The notes under the pieces are model-generated. The model was not told the DNA's origin. It did not search any database and worked only from the letters and a program-made list of their open reading frames with translations. A stretch of 64,000 nt of DNA from Chloroflexota bacterium (GTDB lineage Bacteria; Chloroflexota; Limnocylindria; Limnocylindrales; CSP1-4), in the NCBI GenBank assembly GCA_021802825.1, contig JAJZRG010000009.1, positions 10,010 through 74,009 on the forward strand. The letters are read 5' to 3'. Both the position numbers and the translations under genes were made by a program. Positions within the stretch are counted from its first letter, which is position 1, and every line of letters begins with the position of its first letter. Shown here in pieces: positions 8,191-17,016 of this stretch.

Positions 8191-8726
8191 CTCAATGTCT
8201 CGCGGAGCGTCCGGGAGGCCTGGATCGTCCTGTTGAGCCGCTCGGCCTTCCACGCCACGAGGCCGCCCGCGACGGCCAGCGCGAGGATCGTCCCGAGGAA
8301 GGTGGCCGACTCGAGCCCGGAAGTCGAGCGTCCGACGGCGGCCTGGGCGGCGCTCGTCGCCCCGCCATCCCCCGCGGCGGTGCCTGCGATCTGCAGCGGG
8401 ACGGTCAGCGTCTCATCACCGACGGCGCGGAGTTCAAAGGTCCCGTTCGGGACATGGCCGGGGATGTGGAGCCCTTTGCTGAACGTCCCGGTGGCGTCGG
8501 TCTTGACGACCCCGAAGTCGATCACCATGCCGTCCCCGGCGAGCACGAGGTCGCGGTCGCTGTCGGGCGGCAGACCGGTGCCGGCGAAGACGACGGTTGC
8601 GCCGGCGTTGATTGACGCGGGTTCGGCCTGGACAGATGCCTGGCCGCTCCCGGTGTACCCGGTGACGATGCCGAGGGGGATCACGAGGGCGGCCAGCGCG
8701 CCCGCGACAATTACGGCGCGGTGCAT
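8187..8726 (-). CDS. Secreted, C-terminally anchored Ig-like beta-sandwich protein (copy 1)
   Basis: ORF extends to 8810, but third-position GC drops upstream of ATG 8726 (MHRAVIVAGALAAL), which has a GGAG SD 8 nt upstream. Signal peptide, beta-rich domain (TDATGTFSKGLHIPGHVPNGTFELRAVGDETLT), C-terminal TM helix. Paralog of 35054..35563. Confidence 0.6.
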   Translation of the reverse strand: MHRAVIVAGALAALVIPLGIVTGYTGSGQASVQAEPASINAGATVVFAGTGLPPDSDRDLVLAGDGMVIDFGVVKTDATGTFSKGLHIPGHVPNGTFELRAVGDETLTVPLQIAGTAAGDGGATSAAQAAVGRSTSGLESATFLGTILALAVAGGLVAWKAERLNRTIQASRTLRETLR

Positions 8727-8886
8727 CAGCGCTGCTCCACTCCGCGAGGATCGCCCGCGAGAGACCGCACGAACCCCCGGCGCGTTGCCTGCGGCTACGG
8801 GGCTGGCCATATCTGCCGTCTCCTGTTGCGATGCCCGGCCCTCATTGGCCCATGCCGGAGTTCACCGCTCGGGGCTGAATCCCTGA

Positions 8887-8912
8887 TGAGCGCGGTCTGA
8901 GCGATCCATGAG
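8887..8912 (-). promoter_or_regulatory. Phased YTCA-N7 array (x3) upstream of the Ig-like/M50-like/CsoR-like/cupredoxin operon
   Basis: Top-strand TGAG at 8887, 8898 and 8909 (CTCA on the coding strand of the minus-strand operon). Confidence 0.5.
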
Positions 8913-8959
8913 GAAGTGGCGGCCCGGTCGCCAAGGGCGTCGCGGGCGGGGAATAGTCA

Positions 8960-8995
8960 GCGGGCGGGATCCACACCGAGGCGGATCCCGCCCGC
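8960..8995 (-). terminator. Strong GC hairpin (13-bp perfect stem), candidate terminator or structured RNA
   Basis: GCGGGCGGGATCC-(10 nt)-GGATCCCGCCCGC, in the 470-nt gap between the Lit-like gene and the next operon. Confidence 0.35.
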
Positions 8996-9147
8996 TTGGC
9001 GGCCCATCGCAGGAGCCGCGTGGACGGCGGCCCGGGGGGAGGCCGGGCACGTCCGGGTCTACAGGCCCCGGCCGCCCAACGTGACGACTGCTCAGCGGAC
9101 CTGACGCCCTGGGGGGGAAGGGCTGTCGTGAGCGTCGGCGCGCACGC

Positions 9148-9173
9148 TGAGCGCAGCATGAGTCCATGCTGAG
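9148..9173 (-). promoter_or_regulatory. Phased YTCA-N7 array (x3) with no obvious downstream ORF
   Basis: Top-strand TGAG at 9148, 9159 and 9170. About 150 nt downstream (minus sense) lies the 13-bp-stem hairpin 8960..8995. Confidence 0.4.
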
Positions 9174-9195
9174 ACTTGCGGCCCTCGACGCTCCC

Positions 9196-9879
9196 TCAGT
9201 CGGGATGGCCCTCGATTCTCGAAGCGATGTACCGGGCGCCGGTCCACACTGCGAGCGACATCGAGACGCCCACGATGAAGACCGTCGTGGCCGCGTCCAT
9301 CCAGAACGCGGTCGGGAAGAGCTGGGTCAGGCGCTCCGACCGCGAGTCGAACAGGTAGTTGCCCCCGGGGAAGAAGATCTCGTGGAAGGCGAGCCACGCC
9401 GCGTCGAAGAAGGCAGCGAAGAGGATGCCGACACTCGTGCCGACGACCGCCATCGCGAGCGCCGCCCGCCCGACAGCTCGCCACCAGGAGCCCTCGCCCC
9501 GGCACCGGATACCCAGCGTGACGAGGGCGAGGGCTGCGAGCGCGACGATCAGATCGAACGCCCGCAGCACCCCGAACACGTCGCGCATGTGCCCGCGCTC
9601 GGCGTCATCGAGGACCGGCCTGCCTTGATCGGTGACGGCGAAGTCGGGCGGCCCGAGCGTCACGTCGCCGATCAGGGACCCGGTGATCCGGGCGACGTCG
9701 GCGTCCGAGTAGCCGGTCAGGGCCGCCACGCCCGCCCGCTGCTGGGCCGGGAAGACCCACCACGGGTTGAACAGCAGCGCGAGGCTGGCGCCCGCGATCA
9801 CGATCGGCGTGGCCACTGCCGCCAGCCGGGCGGACCGGTGGGTCGCGACCTGGCGCGACTTCGCATCGAGGTTCCTCAT
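9196..9879 (-). CDS. DUF1461 / TIGR01906 integral membrane protein (Lit, lipoprotein intramolecular transacylase-like)
   Basis: 227 aa, 4-5 TM helices. Signature FHEIFFPGGNYLFDSRSERLTQLFPTAFW matches my recollection of the DUF1461 core (FHxxFFxxxxWxF...LFP..FW). Confidence 0.65.
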   Translation of the reverse strand: MRNLDAKSRQVATHRSARLAAVATPIVIAGASLALLFNPWWVFPAQQRAGVAALTGYSDADVARITGSLIGDVTLGPPDFAVTDQGRPVLDDAERGHMRDVFGVLRAFDLIVALAALALVTLGIRCRGEGSWWRAVGRAALAMAVVGTSVGILFAAFFDAAWLAFHEIFFPGGNYLFDSRSERLTQLFPTAFWMDAATTVFIVGVSMSLAVWTGARYIASRIEGHPD

Positions 9880-9900
9880 CGCCGCCTCATGGCTGCCTAA
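9875..9900 (+). promoter_or_regulatory. Phased array (CTCA, CTCA, CTAA) upstream of the TRASH-like small protein
   Basis: CTCA 9875, CTCA 9886, CTAA 9897. Overlaps the start codon of the divergent Lit-like gene. Confidence 0.45.
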
Positions 9901-9962
9901 GCCTGCGGGACGACCCTCGAACCCCGGGGCGATGCCCCGTGCGACGCAATCGAGAGGTTCCC

Positions 9963-10235
9963 ATGCAACTGAGCGAGCTCGCCGTCATCGACTCCGACGA
10001 CCAGCCCGCGGCGGCCTGTGCCACCTGCGGCTCACCTGTGGAGGCCGGGTCGGGCGTCACGGCGCTGTTCCACGGCCGAACCCTGCGGTTCCGCTGCGCG
10101 GGGTGCTTCTCGCGCTTCGTGCTCGACCACGACCACGCCCCCGACGGGCTGACGGCGTCGTGCTGCGCGGGCGAGGCAAGCCACGAGCCGGCACCGGCGT
10201 CGAGCTCGACGCCGTACACCGAGTGGTGCCTCTGA
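9963..10235 (+). CDS. Small Cys-rich TRASH/YHS-like metal-binding protein
   Basis: ORF starts at GTG 9939, but ATG 9963 has a GAGAGG SD 6 nt upstream. C-x2-C-x22-C-x2-C (CATCGSPVEAGSGVTALFHGRTLRFRCAGC), followed by DHDH and SCCAGEASHE. Confidence 0.55.
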   Translation: MQLSELAVIDSDDQPAAACATCGSPVEAGSGVTALFHGRTLRFRCAGCFSRFVLDHDHAPDGLTASCCAGEASHEPAPASSSTPYTEWCL

Positions 10236-10256
10236 ACCGAGGTTCTCAGGACCGGG

Positions 10257-11450
10257 TCACGCGGCGGCCGGCCCGCGATCCGCACGCCGCCACGAGAACC
10301 GTCGCGACTCGGCGCGGAGCCTGAGCAGCCCCTGGCGTACGACGGCGTAGAGGACCACTGAGCCGACGAAGACCAGGCCGGTGCCCTGGGCGACCCGCCC
10401 CAGCACGAGGGCCGAGGTGAGGATGGACAGCGTCACCCCGACGGCCGACTCGATGAGTTGGGCGGGGATTCGCCGCGCGCCGACCCGCCGATCGGATGAC
10501 CAGATGCCAGGGCCTGTCGTGATGCGGCCGGCACAGCATCCGGTAAGGAAGCAGCCAACCCGCCCGACGGCGACCGCTAGGAAGATCGTCGGCGCGATCG
10601 CGTCGAGGTACCCGCCAGTCGGGACGCCGAGGAGCAGGCCCGTGACGACGGCCACGACCGGGGCGGACACGAGGAACCCGTCGACCGACCAGCCCTCGCG
10701 CAGCGTCGCGCGGCTCGGGCCCTTCAGGACCATGTACCAGGTCTTCGCGCCCGCGACGCCGATGATCATCGCCAGCACTGAGGCGAGGATGGCCGGGCCG
10801 ACGGACACGCCGTGGTGCGTGAGGAACAGCGGCTGCGCGGCGACGGCCCCCAGCAGCGCGATGGTTGCGGCGGCGAGGAAACTGCCGGTCATGACCCCGG
10901 GCGCGGCAGCCAGCGGGGCCGTGAGCGCCCAGCGCGTCTTGGCGGGGCCAGCCACCCCGACCATCGCCCAGCGGCGCCAAGACCATCCGACCGCCGACAG
11001 CGCAGTCGGATTGGCGGCGCGCGCCCGCTCGGGGCCGATGACCTCGGCGGTGACATCCCATTCGCCGGATGCGATGCCGTAGACCCACGTCGTCGTCGAC
11101 ATCGGGTCGCTGCCCGGCACGACTCCCACCACCGTTTCGGTGGTGGAGAACGCGTCTTCGGGGGTTGGCGCGCCGACGACGCCGCGTCGGCGGCCTGTGA
11201 GCCGGATCGTGGCCGTGTACGGCGGCGCGCCCCCGGGACCGGGGTCGAACCTGTGGGACACGACGAGCGCCTGCGGCTCGGCCTCGGCGGCAATGGGCAC
11301 GGCGCTGGGGCTGGTGGGCGCGGCGTCAGGGGCCGGGGACGCCGGAGCCAATTCCGGGCTCGCGACGCGAGGCCGCGCGGAATTGGCAGTCGCGACGGAC
11401 CGCGCCGGCGTTGCGTGTGAGCCCCGCTGCGGACGCCGCTTGGAGCTCAC
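10257..11450 (-). CDS. Lgt-family membrane protein with about 170-aa N-terminal extension (copy 1)
   Basis: 397 aa. The C-terminal half carries GRVGCFLTGCCAGRITTGPGIWSSDRRVGARRIPAQLIES, resembling the actinobacterial Lgt core (GRIGCF..GC..G....P.QL.E). The N-terminal soluble domain is unique. Close paralog of 58528..59703. Confidence 0.7.
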   Translation of the reverse strand: MSSKRRPQRGSHATPARSVATANSARPRVASPELAPASPAPDAAPTSPSAVPIAAEAEPQALVVSHRFDPGPGGAPPYTATIRLTGRRRGVVGAPTPEDAFSTTETVVGVVPGSDPMSTTTWVYGIASGEWDVTAEVIGPERARAANPTALSAVGWSWRRWAMVGVAGPAKTRWALTAPLAAAPGVMTGSFLAAATIALLGAVAAQPLFLTHHGVSVGPAILASVLAMIIGVAGAKTWYMVLKGPSRATLREGWSVDGFLVSAPVVAVVTGLLLGVPTGGYLDAIAPTIFLAVAVGRVGCFLTGCCAGRITTGPGIWSSDRRVGARRIPAQLIESAVGVTLSILTSALVLGRVAQGTGLVFVGSVVLYAVVRQGLLRLRAESRRFSWRRADRGPAAA

Positions 11451-11483
11451 CTCGGTACGCCTCCCGGCCGTGCCGAAGCGCTG

Positions 11484-11714
11484 CTACCCATGGTGGGCGT
11501 GGCCGGCGCGGTCGTGGTCGGCGTGGTCGTGGGTGAGCGGTTCCGACGTGGCCCAGCGATCCGGGTCCTGGCGGAAGGTCGCCGCACAGGCGGGCTCGCA
11601 GAACCAGTACGTGGTTCCTCCGTGAACGACGGATGCGGATCCTCCCCGCGCAACCTTCATCCCGCAGACGGGGTCGGTTGCGAGGTGGTCCTGGCGATGG
11701 TCGTGTGCGTGCAT
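11484..11714 (-). CDS. YHS-domain metal-binding protein with His-rich termini
   Basis: MHAHDHRQDHLATDPVCGMKVARGGSASVVHGGTTYWFCEPACAATF...HDHADHDRAGHAHHG. Canonical DPVCGM...Y.FC..C..F YHS pattern. Confidence 0.85.
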   Translation of the reverse strand: MHAHDHRQDHLATDPVCGMKVARGGSASVVHGGTTYWFCEPACAATFRQDPDRWATSEPLTHDHADHDRAGHAHHG

Positions 11715-11736
11715 GTGCTCGCTCCCAATGCTGCGC

Positions 11737-12024
11737 TCAAGCGTCGACCGGTCGGCCGGCGTGATAGCCGGCCCGGTGGATCACCCGCATCAGCGTCCAC
11801 GCGTCCACGACGCCCGCATCGCCCCGCACATACGCGGTCTCGGTGGCAGGGTTCACGTACACGCTGCGGACGCCGGGTACGGCTGCCAGCGCGCGCTCGA
11901 GCGTCGTCGCGCCGGCCCCGCCGCATCCGAGGCCGAAAACCGGGATCCTCAACTGAAGCGAACCGTCCATGGACCCGATGGTCGCCCGCCAGGCTGAGAG
12001 CCAGGTGAGCCTCTCGTGAGACAT
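11737..12024 (-). CDS. Degenerate HMA-like domain protein (GLGCGGAG in place of GMTCxxC)
   Basis: LQLRIPVFGLGCGGAGATTLERALAAVPGVRSVYVNPATETAYVRGD follows the HMA beta-alpha-beta-beta-alpha-beta pattern with only one Cys. Alternative start ATG 11970 (MDGSLQL). Confidence 0.5.
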   Translation of the reverse strand: MSHERLTWLSAWRATIGSMDGSLQLRIPVFGLGCGGAGATTLERALAAVPGVRSVYVNPATETAYVRGDAGVVDAWTLMRVIHRAGYHAGRPVDA

Positions 12025-12062
12025 TCGGCGGCGCTGTGGGCCAACTCGCCCGCGCGTCCGGC

Positions 12063-13469
12063 TCAGCTCGTTCGCGCGGGCAGGACGATCTCCGCGCGGG
12101 TGCCCCCGGCCGGTCGCGGCGACAGCGAGATCGTCGCGCCGTGGGCGTCGGCGATCCAGCGCGCGATCGCGAGGCCGAGGCCCGTCCCGGACGGGCGGAT
12201 CTGCCGAGCGCGGCGCCCGCGGTACAGGCGCTCGAACAGATGGTCAGCGTCCTCCGCGTCCACGCCGATCCCGGTGTCGTCGACGGTGACCACCGCCGCC
12301 CCGTCGCGCATCGTGAGGCGCGCCGTCACGCTGCCGCCCGGCGGGGTGTACCGGGCCGCGTTGTCCAGCACGATGCCGAACAGCTCGCGCAGGCGGTCGG
12401 CATCGCCCTCGACGACCACGGGCTCCACGGCGGCAACCGACATCCGGACGTGGGGCGCCGCCTGCCGATGCCGGCGGACGGAGTCCACGAGCAGCGCGTC
12501 GAGCTCGACGGGCTGGAAGCTGAGGCGGGCCCCGGACTCCGCCCGGGCCAACGAGAGGAGGTCGGCGATCAGGCGACCCATCCGCTCGGCCTCGTCGCGG
12601 GCGTCGTCGAGGATGGCCGACCGCTCGGCCTCGTCGAAGTCGGGCCGCGTCGCGAGGTCGAGGTTGGCGCGGATCACCGTGAGCGGGGTGCGGAGCTGGT
12701 GCGAGGCGTCGCCGAGGAACCGCTGGAGGGCCAGGTGGCTCGATTCGAGGGCGGCCAGCATCTCGTTGAAGGCCGCCGCGAGCTCGCCAACCTCGTCGGG
12801 CGTCCCAGGGCCCTCGACGCGCGCCCCGAAGTCGCCGGACAGGGCGATCGCGCGAGCCGTGTCGGTCACGTCCGCGACAGGCGCGAGGGCCCGGCGGGCC
12901 AGGAAGAGCCCCCCGATCAGGGCTAGCACCGTCACGGCCAGGCCCCCGAGCAGGAGCGCCAGGCGGACCGTGTCGAGGAGCGAGCGGAGCGGGCGCGTGC
13001 TGTCGGCCCACACGACGTATCCGAGGGTGCTCCCGTCGGGCCCGCGAACCGTCTGGACGGTGATCCGCAGCACGTCCCCGGGGACCGGATGCTCGTGGAT
13101 GGAGTGGCCGTTGTGGTCAGCCGCAGCAATGTCATCGGGGGTCACGGGCAGGGCCGGCTCCGCGGGGGGCGCCGAGTCGGCGATCTCGCGGCCCGAGGGG
13201 TCGAGCACGAGGATCCGGCCCCCGGTCGACGCGAGCTGCGAGACGAGCCTCGGCGACGGCGTCAGGCCCCCGGCAGCGTTGAGGTCCTGCGCGATCGCCC
13301 CGGCGGCGTGCTCCGCGTTCGCGACGAGGGAGGCGTCGAAGGAGGACTCGAGCTCCCGGCTCAGGACCACGTACATGCCGCCCCCGAAGGCGGCCAGCGC
13401 GGCGGCCAGCAGGCCCGTGTAGAGCAGCGCGAGCCGGACGCGGATCGTGAGCGGCGGGAGGCGGGTCAC
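12063..13469 (-). CDS. Sensor histidine kinase (HAMP-HisKA-HATPase) with His-rich extracytoplasmic loop
   Basis: GTG 13469 overlaps the RR stop (GTGA). Two TM helices flank a loop containing [17 protein letters not shown]. HisKA H-box [14 protein letters not shown]. HATPase N/G boxes ([23 protein letters not shown]). Confidence 0.9.
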   Translation of the reverse strand: MTRLPPLTIRVRLALLYTGLLAAALAAFGGGMYVVLSRELESSFDASLVANAEHAAGAIAQDLNAAGGLTPSPRLVSQLASTGGRILVLDPSGREIADSAPPAEPALPVTPDDIAAADHNGHSIHEHPVPGDVLRITVQTVRGPDGSTLGYVVWADSTRPLRSLLDTVRLALLLGGLAVTVLALIGGLFLARRALAPVADVTDTARAIALSGDFGARVEGPGTPDEVGELAAAFNEMLAALESSHLALQRFLGDASHQLRTPLTVIRANLDLATRPDFDEAERSAILDDARDEAERMGRLIADLLSLARAESGARLSFQPVELDALLVDSVRRHRQAAPHVRMSVAAVEPVVVEGDADRLRELFGIVLDNAARYTPPGGSVTARLTMRDGAAVVTVDDTGIGVDAEDADHLFERLYRGRRARQIRPSGTGLGLAIARWIADAHGATISLSPRPAGGTRAEIVLPARTS

Positions 13470-14149
13470 CCGTCCTTGAGCACGTAGCCAGCGCCCCGGA
13501 CCGTGTGCAGGAGCCTAGGCTCACCGGCGGCCTCGAGCTTGCCGCGCAGGTAGCGGATGTAGACCTCGAGCACGTTGGACTCGCCCTCGAAGTCATACGA
13601 CCAGACGTGGTCCATGATCACATCGCGGGTCAGCACCTTGCGCGGGTGGCGCATGAACAGGAGCAGCAGGTTGTACTCGGTCGTGGTCAGCTCGATCCGG
13701 CGGTCGCCGCGGCGGGCCTCCCGGGCGTCCACGTCGAACTCCAGGTCGGCGAAGCGCAGGAGCTCGCCGGCCGGCGCCGACCGGCGGCGGAGCAGCGCGT
13801 GGACCCGCGCGAGCAGCTCCTCGAAGTTGAACGGCTTGACCAGGTAGTCGTCGGCGCCGGTCTCCAGGCCCTCGACGCGGTCCTTGACCTCGTCGCGGGC
13901 GGTCAGCATGAGGATGGCGACCTCGTCGCCCCCGGCGCGGAGGCGCCGCGTCACCTCGAGACCGTCGATGCCCGGCATCATGACGTCGAGGATGACCAGC
14001 TGGGGCAGATGCTCCCGGGCCTTGTCGAGGCCCTCCTCGCCCGATGCAGCCTCCACCACCCGGTACCCCTCGTAGGCGAGGCCCCGCCGGACGACGGTCC
14101 TGATCTTCGGGTCGTCGTCGACGACGAGGATGCGCGTGGGTTCGGCCAT
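13466..14149 (-). CDS. OmpR/PhoB-family response regulator
   Basis: ORF 13466..14221, ATG 14149 ([13 protein letters not shown]). Receiver domain (DVMMPGIDG, phospho-Asp context) plus winged-helix output ([30 protein letters not shown]...[11 protein letters not shown]). Confidence 0.9.
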   Translation of the reverse strand: MAEPTRILVVDDDPKIRTVVRRGLAYEGYRVVEAASGEEGLDKAREHLPQLVILDVMMPGIDGLEVTRRLRAGGDEVAILMLTARDEVKDRVEGLETGADDYLVKPFNFEELLARVHALLRRRSAPAGELLRFADLEFDVDAREARRGDRRIELTTTEYNLLLLFMRHPRKVLTRDVIMDHVWSYDFEGESNVLEVYIRYLRGKLEAAGEPRLLHTVRGAGYVLKDG

Positions 14150-14294
14150 GGCGTCGGGACGGCCTCCTGTGGTTCGTGCGCTTGGGCCCCGGTCCGCGCG
14201 GCGCGTCGCTGGTGCGGCCATCGTACGTTGCCGCCGCCACTGGCGACCTGCGGCCGGGCGGGTGCCGGCGCATGGGCACTGTGCCGCCCGAACC

Positions 14295-14320
14295 TTAGGA
14301 CGACATGAGAGCGGAATGAG
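14295..14320 (-). promoter_or_regulatory. Phased array upstream of the response regulator / kinase operon (possible autoregulation)
   Basis: Top-strand TTAG 14295, TGAG 14306, TGAG 14317. Lies 146-171 nt upstream of the RR start at 14149. Confidence 0.45.
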
Positions 14321-14493
14321 ACGGTCGCTGATCTCGCCGGGGGCGTCCGACGCGCCCTCGCCGGATCAGCGAAGCGACCCCCGCAGGCGTCGGCGTACGC
14401 CTGGGGGGGTCGCCCTGGCGCCAGTCGGCTCGTCCTCGCGAGCCTGGCGCCGTGGGTGCAGGTGGAAGAGCCTCCTCGGCCGGGTGGCCGTCG

Positions 14494-15132
14494 TCAGTGG
14501 GTGTGCGCCCCGGCGATCGGGCCGCCCTGGACGGACCGGCTGGGTGCGGCGCCCCCGGACGCGAGCTCGCCGACGCGGCGGGATGCCGCGCGGACCTCGC
14601 GGAGGAACCGCAGGGCGACCAGAGAGATGCCGAGCTGGATCACAGGCATGACGCTGTCGAGGTCGACGCCTTCGTCGAACGGGTCGCCGGAAATCAGCCA
14701 GGGGTGGCTGCCGTTGTTGGCGAGGTGGAAGTTGACGTTCAGGAAGATCGCGAGGAGGCCCGCGCCGATGACGATCGCCAGCAGCAGCGACTGGCGGTTG
14801 GCGCCGAGGCGATCCCAGCGTGCCCACCACAGCACGGCGACGGCGACGAGGAGCGCGCCGATGACGAGCTCGCCGACCATCACCAGTACCGCGAACAGCT
14901 GTGCGTTCGGGATGACCAGGCCGGTGAGGAAAGAGTCGTAGGGGCCGCTCAGGCCTTTCGCCGTGTCCGTGAGATTGTCGCCGAGGCCGCTCACCCAGTC
15001 AGGGCTCAGCAGCTTGGACAACCCGGACATGAACCACTCATAGCCGAGGAACGCCTGAATGGCGAGCAGGCCGGCCAGCAGGGGACGGGCCGCCCCCTGG
15101 AAGGTGACCCTTTGGGTGTCCTTGTCAGTCAT
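14494..15132 (-). CDS. DoxX-family membrane protein (copy 1)
   Basis: 212 aa, 4 TM helices. LLAIQAFLGYEWFMSGLSKL and VGELVIGALLV are typical DoxX-like patterns. Confidence 0.6.
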   Translation of the reverse strand: MTDKDTQRVTFQGAARPLLAGLLAIQAFLGYEWFMSGLSKLLSPDWVSGLGDNLTDTAKGLSGPYDSFLTGLVIPNAQLFAVLVMVGELVIGALLVAVAVLWWARWDRLGANRQSLLLAIVIGAGLLAIFLNVNFHLANNGSHPWLISGDPFDEGVDLDSVMPVIQLGISLVALRFLREVRAASRRVGELASGGAAPSRSVQGGPIAGAHTH

Positions 15133-15222
15133 CGTTATCTCCTGTCGGCTCCTCGGAGCCCGGGCAACCAGTTCGCGTTCCCGCTTGGCTCCGGCCGACA
15201 GGGTCAGTCTCGAGATCAGAGG

Positions 15223-15248
15223 TGAGGGCGGGATGAGCCCCGGCTGAG
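15223..15248 (-). promoter_or_regulatory. Phased YTCA-N7 array (x3) upstream of DoxX copy 1
   Basis: Top-strand TGAG at 15223, 15234 and 15245. Confidence 0.5.
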
Positions 15249-15588
15249 ACCTGCTGCGAGCAGTACCGACAATGCCGACCGCGGCGGTCCGCGAGCGCGG
15301 AGCCCGGCGCCGCTCGCCGCAGAGGTCCTCGTCGGTCGGGGCGCGGCTTGGTCGTCAGGCCGGCCGGGATGGGCGCCCCTGGCCGGGCACGAGGATCGTG
15401 CCCGCTGCATCGGGTCTCGCCGGGCCGCCACCTCGCACCGGGGATGAGCCTTCGCCACCCACCGCTGGCTGCGGCTTCGGCCCCTGCGGTTGGTCCGGAT
15501 CCATCGCCCCGCGCGCGGCGGCGTGCAGGTCGGCCAGGCGAATGGCGTCGCGGACGGCGTCGCGGCCCGAGTCGGGTGTCACGGGTTC

Positions 15589-17016
15589 TCAGCGCCCTGG
15601 CGTCGCCGCGGCGAACGCAGCGACGAGCGGCTGCGCAATCACGCCGGTCACGACGAGAACCGCCGCCGAGGCCGCCGTCGCGAACGCCGCCGCAGCTCCG
15701 AGCGTCCGCATCCGTCCCGCTGCCGCCGCGAAGTACACGGGCGCGAGCACCCGCACGTAATAGAAGATGGATATGACCGTGTTGGCGGCAGCGATCACCG
15801 CGAGCCAGGCGAGCCCGGCCTGGATCGCCACGACGAACAGCAGGAGCTTCGCCACGAACCCGGACAGTGGCGGGACCCCGATGAAGGACAGGAAGCTCAG
15901 TGCCAGCGATGCGGCCGCGGTCCGATGCTCGTTCGCCAGCCCCGGGTAGTCGGCGAGGGCAGTGCGCCCTCGCAGCGTCACGACGACGCCGAAGGCCGCT
16001 AGGTTCGCCGGAACATAGGCGGCGAGGAAGTAGAGGAGCGCCGCCATGGCGAGGTCGCTACGGCCGAGGGCGGCCACTGCCATCAGCCCGTAGCCCGTCT
16101 GCGAGACGGCCGACCAGCCGAGCAGCCGCCGGACGTCGTCCTGCCAGAGGCAGGCCAGGTTGCCCAGGGTCATGGTGGCAGCAGCACCGACAGCGACCAT
16201 CATCTCCCAACCGACCGTCGAGGGCGGCAGCACGAGGACGAGGCGGGCGAGGAACACGAACGCACCGACCTTCGGCACCGCCGTCAGGAAGCCTGCGATC
16301 GGGGCCGGCGCGCCTTGCGCGACGTCCGGCACCCAGACGTGGACCGGCACGGCGCCGAGCTTGAACATGAGACCGGCCATCACCAGGGCGACGGCCACGG
16401 ATGCCGCCGGCGAAGCGCTGTCCGGCAGGCCGGCGGCCAGGCGGTCGAGGGTGGTGGCCCCGGCAAGGCCATAGAGGGTGGCGACGCCCATCAGCATCGC
16501 CGCGTTGGCCAATGCCCCGACCAGGTAGTACTTGATCGCGGCCTCGGCCGCGGCCGACGACTTGCGGTGATAGGCGGCGAGGACGAACCCCGTGGCCGAG
16601 GACATCAGCATGGCCACGACGAGCTCCGTCAGCGCGGCTGCCCCCGCGAGCAGCATCGCGCCGAGCGCGCCGTACAGCAGCAGGGTGTAGTACTCGCCAT
16701 GCCGCGGGTCGCGCCGGAACCACGGGACGGAGAAGGCCACCGTCACACCCGTCGCGAGGAGGACGATGACCCGCGCGACCGCGGCGGCGGCGTCGTGGGC
16801 GTAGGTCCCGGCGAACGTCAGGCGCCCGGGCTCGCCGAGCGCGGGGATGGTGAGCGCGAGCGCCACACCCGTCGTGGCCAGCGCGAGCCAGGCAGCCCCG
16901 ACCTGGCGCCGGGGCCCGGCGGCCAGCGCATAGAGCAGCACCACGATGCCGCCGACCACCATGGCGAGCTCGGCGAGCACGTCGCCCGCCCAGCCCACCA
17001 TCGTGCCGATCGGCAT
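15589..17016 (-). CDS. nuoN: Complex-I-like antiporter subunit, NuoN homolog
   Basis: ORF 15589..17817, ATG 17016 (MPIGTMVGW) overlaps the nuoM stop by 1 nt (TGATG). 14-TM Mrp/Nuo antiporter-like pattern (KLGAVPVHVWVPDVAQGAPAPIAGFL, GWSAVSQTGY). Confidence 0.85.
   Translation of the reverse strand: MPIGTMVGWAGDVLAELAMVVGGIVVLLYALAAGPRRQVGAAWLALATTGVALALTIPALGEPGRLTFAGTYAHDAAAAVARVIVLLATGVTVAFSVPWFRRDPRHGEYYTLLLYGALGAMLLAGAAALTELVVAMLMSSATGFVLAAYHRKSSAAAEAAIKYYLVGALANAAMLMGVATLYGLAGATTLDRLAAGLPDSASPAASVAVALVMAGLMFKLGAVPVHVWVPDVAQGAPAPIAGFLTAVPKVGAFVFLARLVLVLPPSTVGWEMMVAVGAAATMTLGNLACLWQDDVRRLLGWSAVSQTGYGLMAVAALGRSDLAMAALLYFLAAYVPANLAAFGVVVTLRGRTALADYPGLANEHRTAAASLALSFLSFIGVPPLSGFVAKLLLFVVAIQAGLAWLAVIAAANTVISIFYYVRVLAPVYFAAAAGRMRTLGAAAAFATAASAAVLVVTGVIAQPLVAAFAAATPGR

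Noticed and set aside
8842-9167. Track ORFs 8842..9159 (-), 8862..9167 (-) and 8916..9104 (+) in the gap between the Lit-like gene and the next operon.
   Set aside because: They are Pro/Arg/Ser-rich, mutually overlapping and have no SD or motifs. The region is better described as regulatory (two arrays plus a hairpin).
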